Positions 1 through 19,227 of a stretch of DNA of 64,000 nt are shown here, piece by piece. Made by a program: the position numbers and the translations under genes. Origin of the DNA: Cycas panzhihuaensis (taxonomy: Eukaryota; Plantae; Cycadophyta); the NCBI GenBank assembly GCA_023213395.1, contig CM041465.1:162943741-163007740 (forward strand), read 5' to 3'. The notes beneath the pieces were generated by a model that ran no database searches, was not told where the DNA came from, and worked only from the letters and a program-made list of their open reading frames with translations. Each line of letters opens with the position of its first letter. Positions within the stretch are counted from its first letter, which is position 1.

Positions 1-279
1 AAGAGGCTCTAGATTTAAAAATAAATTATTTTTAACTATTTCATATTATTTGAGCTAAATAGAGTAAATGCAAGATTAGTTACAAACAACAAAGTTTTAA
101 AAACTAGTTTGATAACTTACAAATCATGGTTGATGTTGTAATAGCCATTAATATTAGAGCACTTGAAATGGTTCCTTAATAATTACTCTCTGCATTAACT
201 ATGTAAGAATACTTAGATTTTGGACTAAAACAACTTTGGGGCTAACTATTAGACAACTACATAGTCCAAAAGTGCATCA

Positions 280-1760
280 AATTAGAAAAAGTTGAAGATT
301 TTATTCAAACACATGTATTGAGTTTCTCTTTTGAGCTATTAGAAAAAAAGTTGCATAGTTACGATGAGAAAGAAATAGGATTTATCCACAAGGACAATAT
401 TCTTAGGGTTGAATCTTCCAAGCTCACATTTATTTAGCCTACTAATAGAGGGAAAACTAGTATTATTAAAAAGGAAGCAACATTTAATAGATAAGACAAT
501 ATGAGCCAATCTAGTAAGGGAATTTTATTTAGATGACCTTAGTAAATGTTATAATAATCATGGAATTGTAATCAATAAACTCAAGGACCTTGATCTAAAG
601 ATAATGGATAAACTACTCATTAAAAGACTCATGGATAGTAGTGATGTATCCTAAATTCATCTTCATATGGTTTGCATTGCATCTTAGCTCTTGTAGCATG
701 TAGTTTATAGGTGGGATTTTTTATGGAAGCTACCAAATTAAAAAATCTATCTACCTTAGGAAAACATCATTATATTATCTTGCATCCTTAATGGCTTTGG
801 TGTTAGATGGGTTTTATACCACAAACTTATTAAGGAAGGTGATTGTTAACATTGATTTATAAATTCTATGATGGGTTGGCTATAGGAGAAAAGTTAAATT
901 ATCCTAGAGTGCTTTGGCCACCTTTCATACAATTGTCAAGGAGCTTATGGATAAGTTTCTACCATAAATTATCCCTCATCAATGACTTGGGAAGGAGATT
1001 GAATCAAAGGTGGAAATTAGAATGCCATAGATTTCATAGTTGATACATATTCAACAGAGTGTGCAATGTTTGCTTATCAATACACTATCTATTGTTACTC
1101 AATCTAAAGGAAAGCATAAGTGTGATGATAACCTATATTAACTCTAGATTGGTGTTAATGGTGCTAGTGGATTGATGTTGCCTTTCTCTTCTCTTCAACT
1201 ATAGACTAAATTGATTCATTAACTTAAGAAGGGCAAGAAACTCTAAGATAACTTTGCCAAAGATTCTTAAGCTACTTTAGAATTGAAACAAACCATCTTA
1301 GAGTATTTAACATAGTGTTTAGAGTCTAAAGAAAATGTCATTAGAGTTAAGCAATAGGTTTCAAAGGTTAGACTAGATGGCCCAAAGCTACAAGTTCTTG
1401 AGGAAAGAGTAGAGATAAAGGAGCTTCAAGTATAGGTTGCAGCACAAGGAAACCAAATTCAAGATTTAGAGATCTAACTTGGCCAAAAGATAGTGACACT
1501 CAAATAGGTCTTAACCAAATTAAAGTATTATAAGGATCAAGAACTTAAAATGAATACACTTCTAAGATGGTATACAAAGTTAAGTGTGAGAGAGCTAACT
1601 CAACCTAATCTTCTTAGGGAAGAAGAGACTCAGCGTAATTCTCTAGAGGAGGTCAAGAGAGATCTAATAATAGAATTAGTAGGGAAATTAGATAACCTAC
1701 ATGATATGTTATAGAAAGTGGTAGATGTAGTGCCCCTTGATGGTGGCATAAACCACATTG
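280..1760 (+). other. Heavily decayed coding-like remnant, probably a TE accessory ORF with a coiled-coil tail
   Basis: Purine-rich codon-like stretches with scattered stops (KVEDFIQTHVLSFSFELLEKKLHSYDEKE, LAIGEKLNYPRVLWPPFI, LQVLEERVEIKELQV). No termini found and family not recognised. Confidence 0.3.
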
Positions 1761-2816
1761 ATGAAAGGTATACATATATATTTAATTTGGGTATTATGAC
1801 TATAGATCACATCTTAATTTTATTTAGAGAAGGTACCAACAAAATAAAATATAATTTATCATAAAGACTTAATTATTATAAGTGTAGGAAGGGGAAAGAA
1901 AACAATTCAAGTTGTTTTAAATATCTTGTTTTTCCTTTTTATTTCTTTTAAAATATATATATAACTTGTGTAATTTACATTTTCTTAAGTATGTCAGAAA
2001 AATGTTGAGCCTTAATTTTAAATTTCATCAATTAATGGATATTGTAAATCCTATATAGTAACTATAAGTGAACTACAAAACTTACATGTCTACCACTAAA
2101 CTAGTAGTTAGTTATGTAATTGTTTAGTTAGCATAGTTGTATACACGTTAGTTTCTTGACTAATAGGGGTTCCTTTAGGTGATACAAGAATATTATGGTA
2201 TGCAACAGTGTCATAATAGTAATAAAAGATATATGTTCTTATAGCATTGTGTTATCATTATATACAAGATTATGGATTGAACATAGCACTATGTTATTTT
2301 CCAAAGGACCCAACAATATGAAAGTGGGATTCAAATAGATAAACTACATATGATTAAGTATTAATGATTTATTAGAAATGTTATATATTTAATATCAAGT
2401 TAGAATGTAATATGTGTGATTATATATGTATATTATATATAAAAAATATAAGAGTATATATGCTACGATGCCAATTAGTGTGAAAAAAGTAGTATTGTTA
2501 TATTGCATATTATTGTTATATACATTATAAGAGTAAATATATACTAATTACTAATTGAAATTTTATATAACGTTATAGCTTAAATAATATAATGTTAATT
2601 CCAAACATATGATATGTACTATATACCTTATATATAGAAAACAAGAGAGGAAGTATAAATGTTTGGATATCCAAAATTTTATAGGAAATTTTAGAAATAA
2701 TTAAAAATACAAATAGTTACATAATATAAGTATTACTAATGAACATATAGTAAGTGTATTATGTGCATAAAGCTAAAATATTAAATCTTTCCTAAATATA
2801 ACTATGTGTAAGGGTG

Positions 2817-9005
<6,189 letters not shown>

Positions 9006-11746
9006 GGGTGGTATGACATATTTTAAATTCTATGCAAGAAGTTCTTGATTATGAATTATAAAGGTAATTATATATAGATGACAATTAACAATTTAATTAT
9101 TAATTTTTTTTTTTTTTCATTTGTTTCATGATCTTTTATTCTTTATGATGGATACTTGTTGAATTTTAAAATTTATGTAATACTAAAAATTCTTATAATT
9201 ATTATTTCCTTATACCCACTTGTGAGAAGTTTCCCAATTTATATTGTGTATTTACATGGGTTTTATTACATTTAGATCTTAAACATCGTGGCTCCTCTTA
9301 ATTGTGTTTAGTCATAAAGGATCATATTTCCACTATTTTAACAGTCCTCTATAATTAAGGGGTGTTACATTAATAAAAATAACGATGAAATTGATACCAA
9401 AATTAATACACCTAAATAATAATTGCCATACTTTATCCATGAGCATGAGAATTATCTTTAATGAATTATTTTTGCAAATAACCTATGGTTACACATGCAT
9501 GCCAATTTGACATGAATATTCCTCCTATGTAATAATTTCACATTCTTAATACCATATGTTTCTATATTAAATGTAATTTATAATTTCACATGAAAGTTTT
9601 TGAGATTTCATTTATACATATTATCTACCTATATGAAATGCAATATATTATATCATACCAAGCATACGGTACCCTTTAAGGCCCTTATCTAAATGGTAAT
9701 ATGTTAGTGCTTCATTTACTAATTATCATGATGAATATGTGATGATGATATGATTGGGTTAGCATGACTTAGATTTATGTGGATTATGCCATGTTAGCAT
9801 CATTAGTAATCAAAGCCTTATTATAAATATTAATTACATAAAAGTATATACATAATAGTAAGTTACAACACCTAAAGCATATATGATAAAGATCAAACAT
9901 GTTAAATAAAGTGTAAATAAATGTGAGTATGAACATGAAGTGGGATTCAAATAGATATATGATCAAGCATGAATGATTTATTAGAAATGTTACATGTTTA
10001 ATACCAAGTTATAATGTAATGTATATGATCGTATACGATCAAGTGTGAATGATTTATTAGAAACGTTATATATTTAATACTAAGTTATAATATAATGTAT
10101 ATGATTATGTATATATAGTATATAAAAAGAATATAGTAGTGTATATGTTATGATGGCAATTAGTGTGAAAAAAGTAATCACATATTATTGCTATATATAT
10201 TATAAGAGTAAATATATAGTAATTGTTAATTGAAATCTCACATATAATATTATAGTTTAAATAATATAAGGTTGATTTCAGACCTATGATATATGGTGTA
10301 TACCTTATATATGGCAAAAAAGTGAGGAAGTATAAATGTTTAGATATCTTTAAATTTATAGGAAATTTGGAAATAATTAAAACTGAAAAATGGTACATAA
10401 AATAAGTATTACTCATACACATATAGTAGGTGTATTATATGTGTAAAGCTAAAATATTAAATCTTATCCAAATATGGTTATGTGTAGGGGTGGTAAGACA
10501 TATTTTAGAGGCTACAGCAAATTATTGATTATAAATCATAAGTGTAACTACATATAGGTAACGATTAACAATTTAAATAAAATAATTATTTAATTTCATT
10601 TATTTCATGATCTTTCATTTTATATGATGGATACATGTTGGATATTAAAACTTATGTAGCAATTAAAATTTTTATAATTATTATTTCCTTATACCCACTC
10701 ATGAGAGGTTTTCTAATTTACATTGTGAATCTTGCATGTTTTTATTAAGTTTAGGTCTTAAACATTATATGACTTGTTATGATTTTATGTAGTCCAAAAG
10801 GATCACATTTCTACTATTTTAGCAGTTCTATATAATTCTAAGGGTGTTACATAACTAAAAATAACTATGAAATTGATACTAAATTTAATACACCTAAGTA
10901 ATAATTGCCATAATCTCACACTTTATCCATAACCATAAGAATTATCTTTAGTGGATTATTTCCGTAAACAACCTCTAGTTACACATGCATGCTAATTGAC
11001 ATGAACCTTCCTCTTACATAATGATCTTACATTCCTAATAATATATGTTTCTTAATTAAATGCAACTTAAAATTTCATATGAAAGTTGTCAAGATTTTAT
11101 TTATAGATGTTATCTTGCCATACAAAATGCAATCTATCATATTATACCAAATAAAAGGTACCATTAAGACCCTTGTCTTAATGGTAATATTTTAGTGGAA
11201 TAGTTACATATCCTACTTAAAGTGTATGATAAATTATTCTCATGGCACATTTCCTTAACAATGATTATTTTTGGGGTGAAAATAAGTTTCAAAAGAATGT
11301 GAATATATTAATAAGCTTCTAAATTAGAATTATTACACACCAATAAATATGATATAATAAAATGTAAAATAATATAAAATAATAAAATTTAATATGATAT
11401 GAAGATGATATAGATATTGTTAGTGATCCCTTATAATGTAATATAATATAATATTAATTGGTAGACCCCTCATTGCAGTGATGGCTCATCGACATGTATT
11501 CTCTTTACGTAGAAAAATATAGATATAGATATAGAGGATATGATATAATACATCACATTATAATATACTATGTTTTATTAAAATTAGCGTTCAATAGGTG
11601 GATCATCATACCAGCCTTTTTTAGATACATAACATATACTAGATTAAATTTATAGCAAACAATTACCATGATAATGTTAACCTTCTTAATAGGATTTTAT
11701 TGAACATTGAGACTTTATATCATTATTTCTTATAAAGAGGATCAAG

Positions 11747-11748
<2 letters not shown>

Positions 11749-11832
<84 letters not shown>

Positions 11833-11915
11833 CATATATATATACACACATATCTATATACATACATATATATATACATATATATATATACATATACATA
11901 CATACATATATATAT

Positions 11916-11998
<83 letters not shown>

Positions 11999-12009
11999 CA
12001 TATATATAT

Positions 12010-12052
<43 letters not shown>

Positions 12053-12117
12053 CATACATACATACATATATATATACACACATACATACATTCATATATA
12101 CATACATATGTATATAT

Positions 12118-12163
<46 letters not shown>

Positions 12164-12313
12164 GTATGTATATGTATATATATATATATATGTATATGTA
12201 TATATATATATATGTATATGTCTATATATATATATGTATATGTATATGTATATATATATATATGTATATGTATATATGTATATATATATATGTATATATA
12301 TATGTATATATAC

Positions 12314-12348
<35 letters not shown>

Positions 12349-12352
12349 TATA
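11749..12352. repeat. Compound microsatellite (TC)n-(TA)n-(CA)n-(TATG)n
   Basis: Seen directly. Confidence 0.99.
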
Positions 12353-13297
12353 ATTCAAATATTAATGTATAGTAATTTTATTTTAACTAATATGATATAA
12401 TATAACATAATATAATATTGACCTTTATGGGGGGACCAAGCATAGTGTTATAGATATAGATAATATAATTTGATATGATATGATATAATATTATTTAAAA
12501 AAAACATATATTATTTTAATTTGTTATAAGTAATAATTACATATTTATATGAATATCTATCACCTAAGAACATAAATCACTTAGGCAAATAAAAGATTGT
12601 AATCCAATATTTAACATATAAGTATGAGACTTACAAATATTAAGAGGGAGGTTACAACACATACGGAGAGACTTACAAATGTGAAAAATGCCTCATAAAT
12701 TAAACATTATTTTCTAACACCTTGCCACACATTTAATTCATTATTTGAAATATCAATCACATGTTGAGAAAGCTTCCTCTATCATATTAATGCAATTCAT
12801 GCATCATTAATCAAGTTCCTTTAAGTGTGCTTCTGCTCGTACTTCATATTTGTCTATAAATTTGTTGATGTCTATATAAAGGAATAACTATCCCCTAAGA
12901 TATATCAATAACTAGTCAATATATCCATCAATTTATTAGGAAATCCTTTGCATACATAGTTCACCAATATCTATAAAATCTTCAACAAGTCTGCTTACCT
13001 ACAACCCTTCCATGTGTTTACCTTTATCAAAGTGTATCCCTATAACTAACCAAACTACCTAATTAGAAAGATACCGAGAGATTCTTAATATTTGAGATAA
13101 GCACATATTTCTTATGGATAATTCAAGTGTAACACTATAATAAATAGTTGCAATATTCAACCAAATGCTATCAAAAAATAGACCATGTTCTCTTAACTAA
13201 GACTAGCAATACGCCAAATACGAAACATAACATCCATAGCTCAAAATACAAAATCACAAATCAAACTTGCAACTTGAATCACTGCGAATGAACATAA

Positions 13298-16200
13298 TGT
13301 TCGAAATGTAATACACATTTATTAATTGGTATTTTCGTCAGCCTAGAAATAATTATCTTTTCTCTCATTTGTTGGGTATATAAACATATTGTACGTTATA
13401 TCATTTTATCCATTTTTAATTAAAGGTATCTCACGATACTAGTTATAGATCCTATGCTTATTTGTTTGCTCGATTTTAACATGGTATCAAAGCAAGGTTT
13501 AGCGAGGTCTACTGAGTTGGTTGGTGAACCCTAACTTTGTTAGCATGTGAGGAGGTGGCTTTGTAGAGCCATTAGTGTCGGATCCTTGTTGATGATACCA
13601 TTGAGTTTGTAGATGCATAAAAAATATAGTTGCCCTCTATTAATATTTATTCCTGCGTGAATTCATATAATTCATATTATTGTTTTGATTCATATTTCTA
13701 CTATCATTTTTCAACTTTGAGTTACTCAGATTAATTGATGTCACAGTTGATGTATTTTGTGCCATCTGTGATTTAGTGGAAGCCATACTATTAATATGAA
13801 GTCACCTCTGTTAATAAGTATGTAGTTTACCTTTTGCATCATTATGATGATATAGTTACACCTACATGATAAATATTTTGGTAGTCATCATTTTCTTTTT
13901 GCAACTACGCACGTATAATTATTCGGCATCCACCAGTTTAATTTTATAAAGTCACATTTTGAGATATTGAATCACCCATTCAATATATTATATCACCCAA
14001 TGTCAATATCAAATTGACCTTCATTTTGCTCTGGATTTGTTGCCCCTTGGTAAGGACCGGAACTTTGCAAAGCCTCTGCTTCCACGGTTGATATGGAAGA
14101 ACTAGATTCACGTTGCTCTATGTCTGTACAAATGGAATTACATCTAATGCTGCTAAATTTCTCGCTTACATTCATTGCATCCCTAGAATCATCTAAGATA
14201 ACACATCCTCCAAAACTTTGTGTTCTCTCTGGATAGCCTTGGGTATGTCTTTCTTCATTAATGTTTCGCATGGAACTATATTCAATATTCACAGGAATAC
14301 ATGGCAATGGAGTGGTGGCATTTAGATGTTCAAATGTGATATTGCAACGTGGTTCAGGAGAAGACCTTTGTGGTTCTTCAACCCCTTATAATCTGAGTGT
14401 AGTCAAAATGTTCTCTTTAGACATCATATTAGATTCCTAAATTGCAAACTAATCTATTTCGATGAAGTCACTACAAGGAATAGAAATATATTTATCTAGT
14501 TACGTCTTACGATGCAATGATCGGTAACATATAGTGTTAAATATGTGGGTGGACCCACTAATATACATAGTATGGTGTTTTGTCTCTTAAGGACATAGAG
14601 TAATTGAGTAATGCATTAAAAATGTGAAATGTTAGTGGCATCACATATCGCATGAGGAAAGTGTATGTGGTAATAAACTTACATCATGTATAACATATCG
14701 AAGTAAAAAGGGATTGACTCTATCATTTTTTAGATGTTGAAGATTGCATGACTCATATTATATGGTGTACATTATAGCTTTGATCATCAGAGGGAGGCTT
14801 TCTTCTAACTTTTGGTCATAGACTTTTATTTATTGTAATTATTTATTTGATGAGCATGAAGGAGGTGATAAGACATGTATGTGATGTGTCTCATTGTAAA
14901 AGGGGTGTGTTTTTTTAATGGATGTACTATGGTGATGTTTATGGCATGAGTCATTTTTGAGCTTTAAGGTAATTAAGTAAAGGGTAGTGTGTCTTGGTGA
15001 TTTAATGGTGACATGAGATATGTATGATCTTTGTAAGATGTATGAGGCAATGATTGGTGAAGTGAGTGTTTTAGGGATATACAAGGCGATGATATGATGA
15101 AGCCAGTGATAAGAGGGATATGATATTTGAAAGAGTTTGTTGAACATGATTAATGGGCATGTTACCAATGTTGGGTGTGTTTGTTGATTGATAAAAGAGA
15201 CATGTTATTAGGAGATACACTTATAATTATGGAGGAGAATGTCGTGGTCATATACATTCATGAGACAAATGAATATTACTTAAAGGATTTATATCTTCTG
15301 ATAACTAAGTGTAATAGAGCAAACTATTTCTTTTAGACAATTAAAATGAGATGTCTATTCATAGTTAGAGGTTTGTAGAAATTTGTTACTAATGGATATG
15401 ATATTCTTAAGAATAAAGAAGAGAGAGAAAAACTTAAGAAGAAAGACAAAGAAACAATTATTATGATTCTTACTACATTATATAAGGTTGATCTTCCTTC
15501 TACATATCATTTTGTCATTCCTAAGGTTCATCATGCAAGTACTACCAAGGAAGCTTGAGATTTCTTAAGGGATGTATTTGAACAAACTCTTGAAAAGATA
15601 CAACAAATGATTGAAAAGGCAAATAAGATTAGTGATGATTCTGATACAGGTAAAACAAATGAAGAAGGTATTATCGACAATGATGAAACGATATGTCAAG
15701 ATGAAGAATGTATGAGTATAGATAAAATTTCTATTAAAAGTAAAGAGACTATGGTTGAATGCATTGTTAAGACTACAATTACTATTAAAGATGTTGAACT
15801 AATAGAAGTTTATTTAGATGATACTATTATTAAGGAAATTGAATATGAATATGATGATCTAATTGAAGATGAGTTTGGTGATTTTTCTATTTTGAATATT
15901 GATTCAAGTTTAAAATTTAATAAAGATTCTGCTCCAAGGGTTGAAGAAATCATTATTAGATATATTGATCAAGAATTGATACAGGATATTGATGACCAAC
16001 AAATTGTATTTGAAGATGGTTACTTACAGAACCTATATCAAAATCAGATTAGACCAGCCATGATTAAAAATCAAGATTTGCACTTAGAATTGCTGCAACA
16101 AAAAAATCACTATAAGATTGAAGACAAAAACCAAGTTGAAGGCATCATCTTACAACAAAGGTGTCGCTACAGAATTGAAGATAAAGATCGAGTTGAAGAC

Positions 16201-16442
16201 ATCATCTTCAAGATTTCTAAAGATAATGTTGCAAATTCAAATGACTCAAATGTGCATTAAGGGGGGTGTTGGAAATGTAATACATACTTATTAATTGGTA
16301 TTTTGGTTCTCATGATACCAGTTTTGGATTCTATGCTTGTTCATTTGCTCAGTTTCAACCAATTTTGGATTATGTACTTGTTTATTTGCTCAGTTTCAAC
16401 CAATTTTCGATTATGTGCTTGTTTATTTGCTCAATTTCAACA
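13298..16442 (+). mobile_element. Non-autonomous gag-only LTR retrotransposon (TR-GAG-like, copia-type gag)
   Basis: 5' LTR 13298-13481 (TGTTCGAAATGTAATAC...TTTTAACA), PBS TGGTATCAAAGC at 13482-13493, PPT TTAAGGGGGG at 16257-16266, rearranged 3' LTR 16267-16442, TSD CATAA/CAGAA. No protease, integrase or RT seen. Confidence 0.85.
15400..16260 (+). pseudogene. Copia-type gag N-terminus continuing in frame into a 217-aa acidic ORF
   Basis: KKKDKETIIMIL...VIPKVHHASTTKEA*DFLRDVFE resembles the copia gag motif KDKKAL...ATTAKEAWDIL (TGG to TGA). It is in the same frame as ORF 15607-16260, whose stop overlaps the PPT. Confidence 0.7.
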
Positions 16443-16572
16443 CAGAAAGAAACTCACGCATAACTATAGCCACCACAATCACATTCAAGAAACAACTTAC
16501 CAATCTCATTACGTTGCATGGGGCACCCAAGGTCTTAAAGTTTGTTTGCCAGGCACCAACATAACAAACATC

Positions 16573-16767
16573 AAAGTGTTTTACAAAACAAATATAGATT
16601 TTCTTGTGTAAAAAAATCTTATCATGATCATCACATGCTGATAGCACTTCTCAAGGATTTTGGCAAGCGAAGTGTTTTACAAAACAAATATAGATTTTGC
16701 TGTGTAAAAAAAATCTTATCATGACCATCACATGCTGATAGCACTTCTCAAGTATTTTGGCAAGCGT
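16573..16767. repeat. Near-perfect tandem duplication, 2 x ~97 bp
   Basis: AAGTGTTTTACAAAACAAATATAG...ATTTTGGCAAGCG occurs twice. Confidence 0.95.
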
Positions 16768-16929
16768 TTACGTGTAGTCATATATGCTTTCCATGCATAA
16801 TTTACTCGCCGGATAATACTTCCATTCAAGCTGTAGTCACGACGGTCTCCCAAGATACTTTCATCGTAGTTTCGTAGTCTTAAAATTTATAACAGTTTTA
16901 GACGCTAGCACATATAGCAAAACATGCAA

Positions 16930-17590
16930 CTCTTTACAAATTTACAAGGAACATGCAGGAGTCTAGACATGGCAACAAAGCCTGATCCACATGTCCAACA
17001 ACAAAAAGAATAATAAGTCACTAAAAAACATGGGATATTTTTAAAACTCTTTACGTTTAATAAGAGTCTTACACCATAGTCTGAACTCTTGCTCGAACAG
17101 CTGTTGCTTATTTCCACCGCTGTCAAAGCTCTGCCAATCTTCACCCAGAATTGTGTTAGTACGATCAAACCTTTAAAATTTCTTACCATCATCAACTGAA
17201 TAATAATACGGTTCATCAGAAAGCCAAGGCATTAAATCTATTAAACCCATGCTCCCACAAACTAACTCCAAATGCATACGCTAGTTCCCGGGCGCACCTC
17301 AAATGCCAAAAATAAAGCTATAAAACTACGTACCATTGCGCCTGTCCGTGCACCTCCAAAAATGGCAAACGATCCATCTGCTAAGACTCAAGACCCAATT
17401 TCTTGTCTCCTGCAAGGAATTTGTTGTGTATAATCTGCTTGGCCCTTAATGTCTGGACTCTGCTGAATTCCATGATCACAGCAGCCAACACTTCCCTTGG
17501 ACGTCGCTCTTCCCCTTTCAAATGACATTCAGGTTACCGCCCCCGCAGAATATGGCACCTCAGTCCTTGAAAATGTTTGCATTAAATTCA
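16930..17590 (-). other. Candidate small spliced transcription unit of unknown product, including a putative 9-nt microexon
   Basis: Minus-strand GT-AG pattern: exon ending 17538|GTAACC; TTGCAG|17409-17334|GTACGT; TTCAG|TTGATGATG (17195-17187)|GTAAGA; an intron with a TACTAAC branch motif; an exon ~17130-17073|GTAAGA. Confidence 0.45.
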
Positions 17591-17616
17591 ATTCATTACG
17601 AGTAATAATAATTATG

Positions 17617-17729
17617 TATTTATACAGAACAGACTACGAACCACGCAGGCAAGTAAGAGATTACCAAACTCGTGTGGATATTTGGCCATGGGAGATGCAA
17701 AAACCAGAGGGGACGTCACAAAACACGTG
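17617..17729 (-). promoter_or_regulatory. Putative Pol II promoter: TATA box plus ACGT elements
   Basis: TATAAATA (revcomp of 17617-17624), TGACGTC at 17712-17718 and G-box CACGTG at 17724-17729, all upstream of the spliced candidate. Confidence 0.4.
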
Positions 17730-19227
17730 TGATAGGAGTCAGCCGTTTGATAGACACCTTACAAAGTAAACATTATTTTGTAACAAATAGAATATGTTAT
17801 GCAATGCAATTATGTATTATATTATATTAAAATTTATGTTCAATGTATAAGTTATCATAATGCCTTCTTTCGCATACGGATATATTGCATTGAATATATA
17901 ACAAATAATAACATTGAAAATGTTACCCTTATGACCAAACTTCTAATAAAATTTGAGATTTCATGTCATTAATTCTTATAAAAAGGATAAATTAAAAAAT
18001 GTATGTGTGCATCCTTGTTTTTAATATGTATTAATGTGATTTTAATCAATGTTATATAATACAACATAATATAGCATTGACATTTATAATAAGGATAAAC
18101 ATGGTATCTCCTTTTTACTCGTATAAATTTATATTTTTGTGTATGTGTGAGAGAGAGAGAGAGTACATTACATTCTCCTAAACTTTTATTACATGGGGGA
18201 AGAAGAGTTGTGGATAGTTGTAATGTACTTTTTTTTTTCTCTCTCTATAATATGTAATATAAATAATATATTTCATATAAATGTTATGATATTGTATTAT
18301 ATTATTATACTAACATTTGTCACGAAAGGGTACTAAATGCATGTAACATCTATTCTTGAACAAACACACACACACACACACAAACACATATCTATGACAA
18401 ATAATTATCATGATTGCATTCCCTTAACTAGCAAATAATTGAGTTCCTAATACACACTCTCAATACTACCCAAACCTAGTATATTGAACAACACCCTACT
18501 ATGTTTCTTGACTCTTATGGTGAGCTTAGAACTCCAATACTATTATTAATCAAACCTTGCTCTATCCAACTAGAACTCAACCATATAGGCTCCAAAATTC
18601 CTCCTCTTTCTATCCCATTCTCCTCTCTCATTTAACTAATATACATGGCAACAATTTTAGAAGGGTGTAACCAACTAACAAACTATACCTCTTCATGAAT
18701 AAATCTAACCAATCACCACTAATTAACATATTTTCTCCTAATTAAAATGGCTTTTCCTCTTAGGTTTATTTTACACTTTAGAGATGTTTGGTATGCAACA
18801 TTTCAATTAACTCTTGACAACTTAAAAAAGCCCACTTAATCACAAAGTTATATTATTTAATACATTGGAGATCTATCACAAACTTTATTATACTATTTTC
18901 ACAAAACTTGAAGATAGCTTATTTGAATCCTTATCTTCATATTATATATATAAATAATACCATCTTCACATAAGCTAAAGATAACAATATATCCCTTTTT
19001 ATAACAATGAGCATATACATAAAACTTATCCATACTTAAAAGATGAATATAACTAAAATCACATAAATTAAAAATATTATAAGATATACATTTGAATGTG
19101 AATGTAAAGGATATATAAAATCTCTCAAAATGTCATCAATGGCCTGTTAAAATTAAAGCCAATATGGGAGAAAATTTATCCCATCACACATGCACACTCT
19201 TTTAATTATAAAATTATGCATGCATAA

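Noticed and set aside
11707-12400. Poly-IY/SL ORFs
   Set aside because: Microsatellite artefacts.
12600-13290. Possible additional LTR element remnant (PPT-like TTAAGAGGGAGG)
   Set aside because: No partner LTR, TSD or convincing domain could be found.
16320-16767. Short repeats resembling a CRISPR array
   Set aside because: Contiguous tandem units with no unique spacers, eukaryotic context and no cas genes.
13293-19227. Same TSD (CATAA) for two different LTR elements as evidence of target specificity
   Set aside because: Two observations of an AT-rich 5-mer are compatible with chance.
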